Source: an uncultured Solirubrobacterales bacterium (lineage in GTDB: Bacteria; Actinomycetota; Thermoleophilia; Solirubrobacterales; 70-9). Taken from it: a stretch of 64,000 nt of DNA. Positions 8,942 to 19,458 of the stretch are shown here, one piece after another. Position numbers and translations under genes: made by a program. The notes under the pieces were generated by a model. The model saw only the letters and a list, made by a program, of their open reading frames with translations, was not told the origin of the DNA and searched no databases. The stretch covers positions 536,317 to 600,316 of the forward strand of contig CAVUAT010000011.1 of the NCBI GenBank assembly GCA_963739545.1. Direction: 5' to 3'. The stretch's first letter is position 1; every line of letters starts with the position of its first letter.

Positions 8942-11647
8942 CTAGGCGGGCGACCAGGCGCTCGGCCAGGAGCGCCGCGGGGCCGCCGCCTCGACCCGTA
9001 CCCGGGCGTCGACCGACATGACGCCGTCCACGGCGACGATCACGGGGTTCAGGTCCATCTCGGCGATCTCATGGTGGGCCTCGACCATGGCGCTGGTCCT
9101 CAGAAGCAGGTCCTGCAGGGCCGCCACGTCGACCTCGGGGGCACCTCGGTACCCGGTGAGGAGGGGGAACGTCCGGAGTGAATGCAGCATCTCGTCAACG
9201 TCCGATGACGTCAGGGGGCTGAGCCGAACCGCCACGTCTTTCAAGAGCTCCGCCTCGACACCGCCGGCACCGCAGGCCACCACCGGTCCAAAGACGGCAT
9301 CGCCTACGACTCCGACGAGCATCTCGACGCTGCCCTCGACCATCGCCTGTACGAGAAACCGCTCCCGGCTCACCCCCGCGCGACGCAAACCCTCGTCGAT
9401 CCCGGCGGCGGCGTCCGCCACCTGCTGGCGCCCGGAGAGGCCCACTCGCACCGCACCGAGATCGGTCTTGTGGACTATCTCGGGTCCGAGCGCCTTCAGC
9501 GCCACGCTCCCGCCGATCTCCGCGGCGGCGTCGGCCGCAGCCTGTGAGTCGGCCGCCATCCGCCACTCGGCCAGCGGAATCCCGTAGGCCCCCAGGAGCC
9601 GGCTCAACCGTTCGAAGTCGAGCCACTCGGCGCCCTCGCCAAGGCCCTCTGCGATCGCGGCCGCGGCGATGTCCGGCCGCACGTCGTCAAAGCTCGGCGG
9701 GGCCTCGGCGGGGCGCCGCCTCCACTCCGCATGGTGCGCGACTCGCGCCAGGGCGTGGGCGCCATTCTCCGGATGCAGATAGGTCGGCACGTCCCCCTTG
9801 CGGATCATCTCGGCACGGTCGTGGGTCGACATGAAGATTGCCTGCACGGGGATCTCCCTCGGCAGATCCTGCACCGCTCGCGTCACCGCGTCCGCCACGT
9901 CCTCGGCCGTGATCAAGAGGGGGCGCACAAAGATGACGACCAGCGCGTCGATGCCATCCCAAGCCGCGAGCGTCGAGATCGCCTGCTGGAAATGCTCCGC
10001 GGTTGCAGTCGCGATCATGTCGACTGGATTTCCGAGCGACGCCTCAGGCGGCAGGAACTCGCGCAGGCGCTCCTGGATCTGCGCCGGGAGGGACGGGAGC
10101 TCGAGCCCCGACGCCTCGCAGGCATCCGCACACATGATTCCCGGGCCGCCCGCGTTGGTCAGCACGGCCACCCGGCGGCCCTCGGGGAGCGGTTGGTTGG
10201 CGAGCATCGACGCGACGTCGAGCATCTCCGCGAGGCTGTCGGTGCGAATCACCCCTGCCTGTTGGAAGAGGGCGTCCACGGTGACGTCGGAGGCCGCCAG
10301 CATCGCCCCGGTGTGGGAGCTGGTCGCCCGTGCTCCCGCCGCCGAGCGGCCGCTCTTCACCACGACGATCGGTTTCACCCTGCCCACCCGGGGCGCCACC
10401 CGCGAGAAGCGCCGCGGATCGCTGAACGACTCGATATAGAGCAGCGCCACGTCGGTGCCTGGATCCGACTCCCAGTACTCGAGCATGTCGTTGGCGGTGA
10501 TGTCGGCGCGGTTCCCCACCGACGCGAACGAGGACAGGCCCAGGTTGCGATCGCCGGAGAGCTCGATGAAGGCCAGCCCGAGCGCACCGCTCTGCGAGAC
10601 GAAGCCGACGTTGCCCGGATCGGGCATGCGGGGCGCGAAGGTCGCATTCAGACGCACGTCTGCGGCAGTGTTGGCGATGCCGAGACAGTTGGGCCCGACC
10701 AGCCGCACACCGCCCTCGCGACAGACTTCGAGCAACTCGCGCTGACGCTCGACTCCTTCCGCTCCGACCTCGGCGAACCCAGCCGAGATCACGACCACTG
10801 CCGGGACCCCCTGGCCCGCACACTCCCTGACGACGTCGATCACGGCCGCCGAGGGGACGGCCACCACCGCGAGGTCGATCGGTGCTGGGATCTCAACGAC
10901 GCTACGGTAGGCCCGCACCGACTGCACGACATCGGCTTGCCGGTTGACGGGGTACGCGGTCCCTTCGAAGCCGGCATCGAGGAGGTTGTGGAAGATCTGG
11001 CCGCCGATCGTGTCCCTCTGCCGCGATGCCCCGATGACGGCGACCGACCGCGGCGCGATGAAGCGGCCAACCGCGGCGGCGGACGCGCTCCGATCCCGAT
11101 CCTCGAACCTCTCCACCGCGCCTGAGCCGAATGACGTCGGCAGCTCGATATGTATCGATCCGGGTACCGAGCGCACCTTGACCGGAAAACCGCTCTCCCG
11201 GAACACCTCAATCATGCGGTGGTTCTGCGGCAGGACCTCGGCCTCGAAGGTCGCGATCCCGTGCTCGTCCGCCATCTCGGCCAGGTGGGCGAGCAGGATC
11301 GTGCCCAGGCCGCGGCCCTGAAGCTCGTCCGCCACCGTGAACGCGATCTCGGCTTCGCTCTGTGAGGTTCGGTAGTAGGCGCTGTGGCCGACGGGATGCC
11401 CATCCTCCCCCCGGGTGGCGATCAGGGCGCAGCGGTCCGCATGGTCGACGTGCACGGCTCGCGCGGCTTCCTGCTCCACGTTGGCAGCCGCCGTGAAAAA
11501 CCGGAAGCCCAGTGAGTCGGGCGTCAGGCCCCCGAAGAACTCCGCCATCGCAGCTCGGTCGTCCTCGCGCACCGGGCGCACGTGCACGCTCGAGCCATCG
11601 CTCAAGATCACATCCACCTCGCGGCTGGTCGGATATGCAGCGCTCAA
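8942..11647 (-). CDS. Bifunctional GNAT acetyltransferase / ADP-forming acyl-CoA synthetase-like protein (Pat-type protein acetyltransferase)
   Basis: 901-aa ORF with four parts: an N-terminal GNAT (ELQGRGLGTILL), a CoA-binding domain (VAVIGASRQRDTIGG), a succinyl-CoA-ligase-like domain and a C-terminal ATP-grasp. Confidence 0.85.
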   Translation of the reverse strand: MSAAYPTSREVDVILSDGSSVHVRPVREDDRAAMAEFFGGLTPDSLGFRFFTAAANVEQEAARAVHVDHADRCALIATRGEDGHPVGHSAYYRTSQSEAEIAFTVADELQGRGLGTILLAHLAEMADEHGIATFEAEVLPQNHRMIEVFRESGFPVKVRSVPGSIHIELPTSFGSGAVERFEDRDRSASAAAVGRFIAPRSVAVIGASRQRDTIGGQIFHNLLDAGFEGTAYPVNRQADVVQSVRAYRSVVEIPAPIDLAVVAVPSAAVIDVVRECAGQGVPAVVVISAGFAEVGAEGVERQRELLEVCREGGVRLVGPNCLGIANTAADVRLNATFAPRMPDPGNVGFVSQSGALGLAFIELSGDRNLGLSSFASVGNRADITANDMLEYWESDPGTDVALLYIESFSDPRRFSRVAPRVGRVKPIVVVKSGRSAAGARATSSHTGAMLAASDVTVDALFQQAGVIRTDSLAEMLDVASMLANQPLPEGRRVAVLTNAGGPGIMCADACEASGLELPSLPAQIQERLREFLPPEASLGNPVDMIATATAEHFQQAISTLAAWDGIDALVVIFVRPLLITAEDVADAVTRAVQDLPREIPVQAIFMSTHDRAEMIRKGDVPTYLHPENGAHALARVAHHAEWRRRPAEAPPSFDDVRPDIAAAAIAEGLGEGAEWLDFERLSRLLGAYGIPLAEWRMAADSQAAADAAAEIGGSVALKALGPEIVHKTDLGAVRVGLSGRQQVADAAAGIDEGLRRAGVSRERFLVQAMVEGSVEMLVGVVGDAVFGPVVACGAGGVEAELLKDVAVRLSPLTSSDVDEMLHSLRTFPLLTGYRGAPEVDVAALQDLLLRTSAMVEAHHEIAEMDLNPVIVAVDGVMSVDARVRVEAAAPRRSWPSAWSPA

Positions 11648-11780
11648 GCAGAATCCTTCTTCCTGTGCTCGCCGCCACCTCGTTCGGCGGCGCGGTCTCC
11701 GAGATCTTCTACGAGGGTAACCAGGAACTCATCGCCAATTGTTTCCATCCGCTGAGCCTCCGCCGACGTCCATGACGACT

Positions 11781-11801
11781 CGTGAGGGCGACGACCTCAC
11801 G
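11781..11801. promoter_or_regulatory. Inverted repeat CGTGAGG-N7-CCTCACG upstream of the hydrogenase operon
   Basis: Perfect 7-bp arms lie about 70-90 nt upstream of the 11872 start. There is no further support for function. Confidence 0.25.
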
Positions 11802-11871
11802 ACCGCAAGGCTAGCCCTAGCTGCTCGCGGCGGCGAGTAGTGTTCAGGCGCGTGGGCTGCCTGGGTGCCAG

Positions 11872-13053
11872 ATGGCGGTGAGCGGGGTGAGCGACCTCGC
11901 GGGACACGACCGCCCGGCCGCGGTCATCGATCGCGGGAAGCTCGACGAGCTGCTCACGGCCCTCGCTGCGCGGGGCTTCAAGGTGATCGGCCCGACCGTC
12001 CGCGACCAGGCGATCGTCTACGACGAGATCGCCTCGACCGCCGACCTACCCGAGGGCTGGACCGATGAGCAGGAAGGTGGCACCTACCGCCTGCGCCGCC
12101 GCGAGGACAGTGCGCTGTTCGGCTTCAACGTCGGCCCCAACTCCTGGAAGAGTCATCTCTTCCCCGCAAAGCTGAAGCTCTGGCATGCGCGGCGGGGAGA
12201 GGACGGCGAGATCGCCTTCTCCGAGGAGGAGCGCGAGCAGGTCGACTACGCCTTCGTCGGGGTGCGCTCCTGCGATCTTGCTGCGATCGGCATCCAGGAC
12301 CGCGTCTTGATCGGCAATGGCTACACCGACCCCGACTACGAGGCTCGCCGCCGCGAGGCGTTCATCGTCGCGGTCAACTGCGGCAAGGCCGGCAACACCT
12401 GCTTCTGCGTCTCCATGGACACCGGTCCGAAGGCGCGCCAGGGGTTCGACCTCGCACTGACCGAGCTGCTCGACGGCGAGCACCGCTTCCTCGTCGAGGT
12501 GGGGAGCGAGCGCGGCGCCGAGCTGCTCGCCGAGATCAACGCCGGCCCCGCCGCCGAGGCGGACGATCAGGCGGCCGTGGAGGTCAGCGAGCGCTGCGCC
12601 GCGCAGATGGGCCGCGAGCTGGAGACCGACGGGATCAAGGAGCTGCTCTATCGCAACATGGAGCACCCTCGATGGGACGAGGTCTCCGAGCGCTGCTTGA
12701 GCTGCGGCAACTGCACCCTGGTCTGCCCCACCTGCTTCTGCAGCACCGTCGAGGACGTCAGCGACCTCGCGGGCGAAGAGGCCGAGCGGGTGCGGCAATG
12801 GGACTCGTGCTTCACGCTCGAGCACTCGCACGTGAACGGCGGCAGCGTTCACAACTCTCCCAAGTCGCGCTACCGCCAGTGGATGACCCACAAGCTCTCG
12901 ACCTGGATCGACCAGTTCGGGACCTCGGGCTGCGTCGGCTGCGGGCGCTGCATCACGTGGTGCCCGGTGGCGATAGACATCACCGAGGAGGCGGCGGCGA
13001 TCCGGGCCACCGACCTCGGCGAGGAGGGAAGGGGAATCGATGCGGAAGATTGA
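11872..13053 (+). CDS. Hydrogenase-associated 4Fe-4S protein (sulfhydrogenase beta / AsrA-like)
   Basis: 393-aa ORF with Cys clusters [16 protein letters not shown] and [12 protein letters not shown]. It is the first gene of the hydrogenase operon. Confidence 0.8.
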   Translation: MAVSGVSDLAGHDRPAAVIDRGKLDELLTALAARGFKVIGPTVRDQAIVYDEIASTADLPEGWTDEQEGGTYRLRRREDSALFGFNVGPNSWKSHLFPAKLKLWHARRGEDGEIAFSEEEREQVDYAFVGVRSCDLAAIGIQDRVLIGNGYTDPDYEARRREAFIVAVNCGKAGNTCFCVSMDTGPKARQGFDLALTELLDGEHRFLVEVGSERGAELLAEINAGPAAEADDQAAVEVSERCAAQMGRELETDGIKELLYRNMEHPRWDEVSERCLSCGNCTLVCPTCFCSTVEDVSDLAGEEAERVRQWDSCFTLEHSHVNGGSVHNSPKSRYRQWMTHKLSTWIDQFGTSGCVGCGRCITWCPVAIDITEEAAAIRATDLGEEGRGIDAED

Positions 13054-13507
13054 GGAGCTGCTGGGCGAAACGCCCGCCTTCGAGGGCATCGAATCGGCCC
13101 ACCTCGAGCTGATCGCCGGCTGCGCTCACAACGAGACCTTCGAGCAAGGCGCCTACCTGATGCGCGAGGGAGACCCGGCGGATTGCTTCTACGTGATTCG
13201 CAGGGGAAGCGTGGCGATGGAGACCTTCATCCCCCGACGCGGCGGGCTGACGGTCGAGACGATCGAGGACGGCGACCTGCTCGGCTGGTCCTGGCTGGTG
13301 CCACCCTACCGGGCCCACCTCGACGTCCGGGCCCAGACGGAGGTCCACGCGATCTCCTTCGATGCCGCCTGCCTTCGCGGCAAGTGCGAGCAGGACCCGG
13401 CCCTCGGCTACGAGCTGATGAAGCGCTTCGTGCCGGTAATAGTCGAGCGCCTGCAGGCGACCCGATTTCGCCTTCTGGACGTGTACGGGCGTGTCGAGGC
13501 CGGCTGA
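13040..13507 (+). CDS. Stand-alone cyclic-nucleotide-binding domain protein (no HTH)
   Basis: 155-aa ORF with the cNMP-binding fold pattern ([28 protein letters not shown]...GDLLGWSWL). It overlaps both neighbours inside the hydrogenase operon. Confidence 0.8.
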   Translation: MRKIEELLGETPAFEGIESAHLELIAGCAHNETFEQGAYLMREGDPADCFYVIRRGSVAMETFIPRRGGLTVETIEDGDLLGWSWLVPPYRAHLDVRAQTEVHAISFDAACLRGKCEQDPALGYELMKRFVPVIVERLQATRFRLLDVYGRVEAG

Positions 13508-14387
13508 GGGGACCGCCCGCGCGGCGGCCGAGTCGGTGGGACAGCTACCCCCCCCAGAGGCTGCTCGCCCGGACCCGATGTTGCCCTTCGCCTACCGGGT
13601 GCTCGGCAAGCGCCAGGAGCTCGAAGACACCTGGACCCTGGAACTGGAGCCCGCAGGGGATGGCGTCGGGGAGTTTCGACCCGGCCAGTTCGCGATGCTC
13701 TACGCCTTCGGCTCAGGGGAGGTGGCGATCTCGGTCAGCGGCGGGATCGGGGCCCGAGGACGTCTGGTGCACACGGTCCGTGCGGTCGGCGCCGCCACCC
13801 GGGCCCTCTGCGCCTGCGAACCGGGCGACTCACTGGGGGTGCGCGGGCCGTTCGGCAGTGAGTGGCCGCTGGCCGAGGCCGAGGGAGGCGACGTGGTCGT
13901 GATCACGGGCGGGATCGGACTCGCCCCGCTGCGACCCGCGATCGAGCGGCTGATCGCGAAGCGCGACAGCTACGGCTCGATCCTGGTGCTCTACGGAGCG
14001 CGCTCGCCCGAGGAGATGCTCTACGAGCGGCAGCTAGGGAGCTGGCGCGAGGCGGGCATCGAGGTCGAGACGACCGTCGACAGCGCCCCGGCCGGCTGGA
14101 AGGGCCGGGTCGGGCTGGTGACCACGCTTATCCCTCCCGCGGGCTTCGAGGGCGAGCGGACCACCGCCCTCGTCTGCGGCCCGGAGGTGATGATGCGCTT
14201 CGTCGCCACCGCCCTCCGAGACCGCGGGGTGGCGCCGGAGCGAATCCACGTCTCGCTGGAGCGGAACATGAAATGTGCGATCGGCCACTGCGGCCACTGC
14301 CAGCTCGCCCACCAATTCGTCTGCAAGGACGGACCCGTCTTCCCCTACCGGCGGGTCGAGACACTGATGGGGGTGCGGGAGCTGTGA
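13491..14387 (+). CDS. FAD/NAD(P)-binding, 2Fe-2S hydrogenase gamma subunit
   Basis: Ferredoxin-reductase-type fold ([21 protein letters not shown]) with a C-terminal Cys cluster [11 protein letters not shown]...C. An alternative start is ATG 13578. Confidence 0.8.
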   Translation: MSRPAEGTARAAAESVGQLPPPEAARPDPMLPFAYRVLGKRQELEDTWTLELEPAGDGVGEFRPGQFAMLYAFGSGEVAISVSGGIGARGRLVHTVRAVGAATRALCACEPGDSLGVRGPFGSEWPLAEAEGGDVVVITGGIGLAPLRPAIERLIAKRDSYGSILVLYGARSPEEMLYERQLGSWREAGIEVETTVDSAPAGWKGRVGLVTTLIPPAGFEGERTTALVCGPEVMMRFVATALRDRGVAPERIHVSLERNMKCAIGHCGHCQLAHQFVCKDGPVFPYRRVETLMGVREL

Positions 14388-15163
14388 GCTCCGGCACGAC
14401 GACCCCCAAGCTCGCCGTCTGGAAGTTCGCATCCTGCGACGGCTGCCAACTCAGCCTGCTCGACTTCGAGCAGGAGCTGGTCGCGCTGCCCGGTCAGATC
14501 GACGTCGCCTACTTCCTCGAGGCGACGTCGGGCACAGCCGAAGGGCCCTACGACCTCTCGCTGGTCGAGGGCTCGATCACCACACCCGAGGACGCCGAGC
14601 GGATCAAGGAGGTCCGCCGCCAGTCGCGCCGCCTGGTCACGATCGGCGCCTGCGCCACCTCGGGTGGGATCCAGGCGCTTCGGAACTTCGCAGACGTTAA
14701 GGAGTTCATCTCGGTCGTCTACGCCGAGCCCGATTACATCTCAACGCTGGAGAACTCGACCGCGATCTCGGCCAACGTCAACGTCGACTTCGAGCTCCAG
14801 GGCTGCCCCGTCGACCGCCACCAGCTGCTCGAGGTGATCAGCGCCTTCCTCAACGAGCGCAAGCCCGCGGTCGCCAACCACAGCGTCTGCATCGAGTGCA
14901 AGCGGGCCGGCAACGTCTGCGTGATGGTCGCCCACGGCACCCCCTGCCTCGGCCCGGTCACCCACGCCGGCTGCGGCGCCCTCTGCCCGAGCTATGACCG
15001 CGGCTGCTACGGGTGCTTCGGGCCGATGGAGTCCCCCAACGCGCCCTCGCTGAGCGCCTGGCTGCAAGGCCTCGGCATGGACGAGGTGGACCTGGTCCGC
15101 GTTTATCGCACCTTCCACGCCACCCGCGAGCCGTTCAAGAGCGAGAGCCGGGCGCACGAGTGA
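14384..15163 (+). CDS. [NiFe]-hydrogenase small (delta) subunit, group 3 type
   Basis: The GTG start overlaps the upstream stop (GTGA). Starts [24 protein letters not shown]. Also has [10 protein letters not shown] and a C-terminal Cys-rich cluster. This is the NADH-ubiquinone oxidoreductase 20-kDa-like fold. Confidence 0.9.
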   Translation: MSSGTTTPKLAVWKFASCDGCQLSLLDFEQELVALPGQIDVAYFLEATSGTAEGPYDLSLVEGSITTPEDAERIKEVRRQSRRLVTIGACATSGGIQALRNFADVKEFISVVYAEPDYISTLENSTAISANVNVDFELQGCPVDRHQLLEVISAFLNERKPAVANHSVCIECKRAGNVCVMVAHGTPCLGPVTHAGCGALCPSYDRGCYGCFGPMESPNAPSLSAWLQGLGMDEVDLVRVYRTFHATREPFKSESRAHE

Positions 15164-16452
15164 GCGCCCGGACTCGGACGATCAAGACGAACGCTCTGGC
15201 GCGAGTCGAGGGGGAGGGCGCGATGTACGTCCGTATCCGCGATGGCGAGGTCGAGGATGTCCGCCTGGAGATCTACGAGCCGCCGCGCTTCTTTGAGGCG
15301 CTCCTGCGCGGCCGCGACTTCAGCGAGGCTCCCGACATCACCGCCCGCATCTGCGGCATCTGCCCGGTCGCCTACATGACCAGCGCCTTCAACGCGATCG
15401 AGGACGCGCTCGGAGTCGAAGTGGACGACGGGGTCAAGCGACTTCGCCGCCTCATGTACTGCGGCGAGTGGATCGAGAGCCACGCCCTGCACGTGTTCAT
15501 GCTGCACGCGCCCGACTTCCTCGGCTTCGAGAGTGCCTGGGCGATGGCGCGTGAGCACCGCGAGGTGGTCGAGGGCGGGCTCCGGATCAAGGCGGCCGGC
15601 AACGACCTGCTCCGGGTGATCGGCGGCCGACCCATTCACCCGGTCAACGTCCGGGTCGGAGGCTTTTACAAGGCGCCGAGCAAGAAGGACTTGGATTCGC
15701 TGCTCGGGGGGCTTGAGGAGGCCCGCGAGCTGGCCCGCGAATCCGTGCGCTGGGTGTCAGCGCTCCCCTTCCCCGACTTCGACCAGGACTACGAGTTCGT
15801 CGCGCTGCGAGACCCGGATGAGTACGCGATCGAGGACGGTCGGCTGGTCTCCAGCAGCGGCCTCGAGATCGGGGCAAGCGAGTACGAGGAGCACTTCACC
15901 GAGCAGCAGGTCGAGCACTCGTCCGCGCTGCATTCGCGGCTGCGCGGCGGCGGCACATACTTCCTCGGCCCGATGGCGCGCTACTCGCTCAACTCCGAGC
16001 AGCTCTCACCGCTGGCCCGGGAGGCCGCCGAGGAGGCCGGCCTGGGCGCGAGCTGCCGCAACCCCTTCAGGAGCATCATCGTCCGGGCCGTCGAGATCCT
16101 CTACGCCTTCGACGAGGCGATCCGCCTGATCGAGGCCTACGAGCCCCCCGACCAGCCCGCCGTCGAGGTCGAGCCCAGAGCCGCGGCCGGCTGCGGTTGG
16201 AGCGAGGCTCCCCGCGGAATGCTCTGGCATCGCTACCGCCTGCACGACGACGGCTCGATCGCCGAGGCGCGGATCGTGCCGCCGACCTCCCAGAACCAGG
16301 CCCGGGTGGAGGAAGACTTGCGCGCGTTCGTCGCGCCGCGCGTGGAGCTCTCGGACGAGCGGCTGAAGTGGGAGTGCGAGCAGGCGATCCGCAATTACGA
16401 CCCCTGCATCTCCTGCTCGACCCACTTCCTCAACCTCCGGGTGGACCGCTGA
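15160..16452 (+). CDS. [NiFe]-hydrogenase large (alpha) subunit, group 3 type
   Basis: The GTG start overlaps the small-subunit stop. The N-terminal Ni-binding motif is [10 protein letters not shown]. The C-terminal motif DPCISCSTH is followed by a short cleavable tail. Confidence 0.9.
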   Translation: MSARTRTIKTNALARVEGEGAMYVRIRDGEVEDVRLEIYEPPRFFEALLRGRDFSEAPDITARICGICPVAYMTSAFNAIEDALGVEVDDGVKRLRRLMYCGEWIESHALHVFMLHAPDFLGFESAWAMAREHREVVEGGLRIKAAGNDLLRVIGGRPIHPVNVRVGGFYKAPSKKDLDSLLGGLEEARELARESVRWVSALPFPDFDQDYEFVALRDPDEYAIEDGRLVSSSGLEIGASEYEEHFTEQQVEHSSALHSRLRGGGTYFLGPMARYSLNSEQLSPLAREAAEEAGLGASCRNPFRSIIVRAVEILYAFDEAIRLIEAYEPPDQPAVEVEPRAAAGCGWSEAPRGMLWHRYRLHDDGSIAEARIVPPTSQNQARVEEDLRAFVAPRVELSDERLKWECEQAIRNYDPCISCSTHFLNLRVDR

Positions 16453-16455
16453 CCG

Positions 16456-17151
16456 GTGCCCCACTTCCTGCACCAAACCAACCGTAACCTCAGCCCGGAG
16501 TTTCTCCACGAAGAGAGGCTCTTCCTCGAGCGCGAGCGCGCCGCGCTGCATGTGATGGAGCGCCACCGGGATCATCTGGTGCATGAGATCGAGAAGGCGA
16601 GGTCGCTGGCGGAGCAGGCACACATCCCGATCGACCGGTCGGTCGAGGTGGCGGAGCGCAAGTTGCTGGCGCTGATCGGTATCGGCAACCAGTTCCGCCG
16701 CGACGACGGTGCCGGGCTGGAGGTCGCGCGCCGCCTCCGCCTGGCACAGCCCCCCGGGGTCAAGGTGCTCGAGCAGGAGGGTGAGCCGGCCTCGCTGCTC
16801 GAGGCCTGGAGCAGCGCGGACGAGGTGCTGGTGGTGGACGGCGTCTCCTCCGGCTCCCCGCCGGGGACCCTGCACCGCTTCGAGGTGGGCGATCAGCCGC
16901 TCCCCGCAGAGCTCTTTCGCCCCTCCACCCATGCCTTGGGCCTCGCCGAGGCCGTGGAGCTGGCACGCGAGCTCGACCGTCTGCCCGGCAGGCTCGCCGT
17001 CTACGGGATCGAGGGCGAGAGCTTCGAAACCGGAGAGGGCCTGACGCCGCTCGTGCAAGCGGCGGTCGAGCAACTCGTCGCCGAGCTGTTTGAGGAGCTC
17101 GGTGGCCGGGATCTACACAACCAGGGCGAGTCGCCGCCGGACGCCATCTGA
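16456..17151 (+). CDS. Hydrogenase maturation endopeptidase with an N-terminal extension of about 65 aa
   Basis: The protease core is LLALIGIGNQFRRDDGAGLEVARRL...VVDGV...THALGLAEAVELA. The preceding roughly 65 codons have coding-like GC3. An alternative start is GTG 16648. Confidence 0.7.
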   Translation: MPHFLHQTNRNLSPEFLHEERLFLERERAALHVMERHRDHLVHEIEKARSLAEQAHIPIDRSVEVAERKLLALIGIGNQFRRDDGAGLEVARRLRLAQPPGVKVLEQEGEPASLLEAWSSADEVLVVDGVSSGSPPGTLHRFEVGDQPLPAELFRPSTHALGLAEAVELARELDRLPGRLAVYGIEGESFETGEGLTPLVQAAVEQLVAELFEELGGRDLHNQGESPPDAI

Positions 17152-17165
17152 GGATGCACGAGGAG

Positions 17166-18089
17166 CTAGCCGGTCGCCGCCTCGGCGGAGGTGTAGACCT
17201 CGATGAAGCGTTGGTAGTTGTCGGCCACCTTGGTGGCAGCTGCCTCCCGCGAGAGGCTGGCGTCGATGAAGCCCGCGAGCGGGTCCCCCCAGATCGATCG
17301 CCCGATCGCAAAGCCCACATAAGCGTCGACGGGAGCCGCCTGGCGCAGCCAATGGTCGACCTTGTCGTCGTCGGCCCCTCGCCCGAGGACGACGCAGACG
17401 ACGCCGTCACGACCGCCGGCGCGGCACTGGGCCGCGAGCAGCTCGCAATCGGCGCGAGCTTCCACGCCCTCGATCTTCCAGATGTCGGCTTCCACGCCGG
17501 CCTCCTGCAGCGCGGCGATCGCGCGGCGCATCAGCTCGGGACGCAGCTCGGCGTCATAGCGGTCTGAATCGCCGTCCACCGAGGCGAGCTGCGCCTCCTC
17601 GGCGGGCACCAGCAGCTCGAAGAGAAACCTGCGATCGCGCTCGTGCAGCCACTCCGACAGGCGCCGGAGCCGCTCGGCCTGGCGCTGATTCATCTCGGCG
17701 TCGCCGTCGGGGTTGTAGCGGACGAGCACCTTGGAGAAGTCGGGGTCGCAGCGCTCGATGTGGGCGCCGAAATCGTCGCCGTACTCGAAGTCGAACTCGT
17801 GCTGACCGCTCTTCTCAACCGGCATGGCGAGCTTGATGCCCCTGGCCTTGGCCTGCTCGGGAACGTGCGCGGGGCCCCCGAACTGCTCGTCGACGAGTGC
17901 GCCGGTCGCCGAGGGGTCGGCGCCGCGCTCGAGGGCCGCCTCGATGCCCTCGAAGATCAGGTGCTTGCCGTCGGTGAGGCGCTGCATCTCCTCGGGTGTG
18001 GGATCGCCTTCGATCCCGAACCTCTTGATGAACGACCCGCGGTGGTCAAAAGCGAGGATGTAGAGCTTGCCGTCGTAGCCGATGTCCAT
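17166..18089 (-). CDS. DUF2090 / class-I aldolase-like protein (IolC C-terminal-domain-like)
   Basis: 307-aa ORF starting MDIGYDGKLYILAFDHRGSF, with KVLVRYNP and WKIEG motifs. The family name is from memory. Confidence 0.55.
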   Translation of the reverse strand: MDIGYDGKLYILAFDHRGSFIKRFGIEGDPTPEEMQRLTDGKHLIFEGIEAALERGADPSATGALVDEQFGGPAHVPEQAKARGIKLAMPVEKSGQHEFDFEYGDDFGAHIERCDPDFSKVLVRYNPDGDAEMNQRQAERLRRLSEWLHERDRRFLFELLVPAEEAQLASVDGDSDRYDAELRPELMRRAIAALQEAGVEADIWKIEGVEARADCELLAAQCRAGGRDGVVCVVLGRGADDDKVDHWLRQAAPVDAYVGFAIGRSIWGDPLAGFIDASLSREAAATKVADNYQRFIEVYTSAEAATG

Positions 18090-18169
18090 GAATTCACGAG
18101 CTCCTGGGAGTTGGGGCGTTGAGTCTATTTGGCCTCGCTCGCCGGGCTCAACGCTCGATGGGCGAATGG

Positions 18170-18460
18170 CTAGACCGCGAGGTGGGCGAGCTCCCGCAGC
18201 TTCGCGAGCGACTCATCGAGACCGTCCAAGACCACGTCGAGGTCGGTGACGGCGTCGCGGTCGGCGTTGAAGGTAAAAAAAAGCTCGCCGTCGTAGCTCA
18301 GCACCGCGAGGGCGATCGAGTGCTCGGCGGCCAGCGGCACGATCGGCCAGACGGCGCGAATCCGTGATCCGAGTGCGTACAGCGGCTGCTGGGGGCCGGG
18401 CACGTTTGTGATCGTCAGGTTGAACAGCCGCGTGGCACCTGGAAGATCTGGCTCTCCTTG
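18170..18460 (-). pseudogene. C-terminal remnant of a WS/DGAT (wax ester synthase/diacylglycerol acyltransferase)
   Basis: Only the family's C-terminal block is present: NLTITNVPGPQQPLYALGSRIRAVWPIVPLAAEHSIALAVLSYDGELFFTFNADRDAVTD. No upstream catalytic HHxxxDG region exists, because the neighbouring usp gene starts at 18550. Confidence 0.55.
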
Positions 18461-18549
18461 TCGCGCCGCGCTTCCTTGCAGTTTCACTGTACTCGGCACG
18501 GCGCGAGCAGACCGGCCACCGAGTACGAGTAGGCTCCGGCGAAGCCAGG

Positions 18550-19458
18550 ATGCCACGGAGAAAGATCGTCATCGGGTACAACGACTCTCCCCAGGGGATG
18601 GATGCCCTCGCGCTCGGCCGGGCACTCGGCGAGCCGCTCGACGCAGTAGCCGAGATCGCGGTGGTGGCCCACTATCCGCCGCACGCCCCGGACAGCGAGC
18701 GGGACAGCAGCTTCGCAGAGTTCTGGGAGCCGCTGTTCGCGAGCGCTCGCGGCCGGCTCGGGGACCTGACCGTGAAAGAGCGGCCGATCCTGGGCGATTC
18801 CCCCGGGCGCGCTCTACATGAGCTTGCAGACGAGATCCACGCTACGGTGACCGTGATCGGATCCGCGCACCACGGCCCCGTCGGCAAGGTCATCCTCGGC
18901 GGCGTCGGGGACTCGATGCTCTCGGGCGCCCCTTGCGCGATCGCCGTCGCCCCCCTCGGCTTCGCTGAAGGCGAGCAGAAGCTCGGCCGCATCGGGGTGG
19001 CCGTCGACGGATCCTGGCAGGCGTGGCGCGCACTTCAGGGAGCCGCCGTTCTTGCCGAGGCGGCGAAGACCCCGATCCGGGTGCTGACGGTCGAGGAGCC
19101 GCACCACTACGCCCTCGGCGGGGCGCTCTCGCCCCTCAGCCCCGAGCAGTACGAGCAATACAAGGAGAAGGAGTCCGAGAGCATCCTCGACGAGGCGTTC
19201 GAGAAGGTTCCGCCCGCTGTGTCCGCCGAGCGCAGCTTGCTGCACGGCCCGGCCGCGGAAGCGCTTGCCGAGGAGGCCAAGGACCTGGACCTGCTGATCC
19301 TCGGCTCCCGGGGTTACGGCCCCGTCAAAGGCGCCTTGCTCGGCAGCGTCTCGGCGAAGCTGATGAGATCCGCGCCGTGCGCCTTGCTGGTCTTTCCTCG
19401 CGGGTCCGGCAGTGACCCCTTGGGCGCCCGCATCGCGGCAGCCCATGCCGCAAGCTGA
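18550..19458 (+). CDS. Universal stress protein, tandem Usp domains
   Basis: 302-aa ORF with two Usp repeats, each ending in G(S)xxxGxxxxxxLGSV (VIGSAHHGPVGKVILGGV; ILGSRGYGPVKGALLGSV). Confidence 0.85.
   Translation: MPRRKIVIGYNDSPQGMDALALGRALGEPLDAVAEIAVVAHYPPHAPDSERDSSFAEFWEPLFASARGRLGDLTVKERPILGDSPGRALHELADEIHATVTVIGSAHHGPVGKVILGGVGDSMLSGAPCAIAVAPLGFAEGEQKLGRIGVAVDGSWQAWRALQGAAVLAEAAKTPIRVLTVEEPHHYALGGALSPLSPEQYEQYKEKESESILDEAFEKVPPAVSAERSLLHGPAAEALAEEAKDLDLLILGSRGYGPVKGALLGSVSAKLMRSAPCALLVFPRGSGSDPLGARIAAAHAAS

Noticed and set aside
18481-18540. The inverted repeat GTACTCGG-N22-CCGAGTAC upstream of the usp gene at 18550.
   Set aside because: It lies inside the WS/DGAT remnant region, is a single occurrence, and has no similarity to the island box. 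That is insufficient evidence for a regulatory site.
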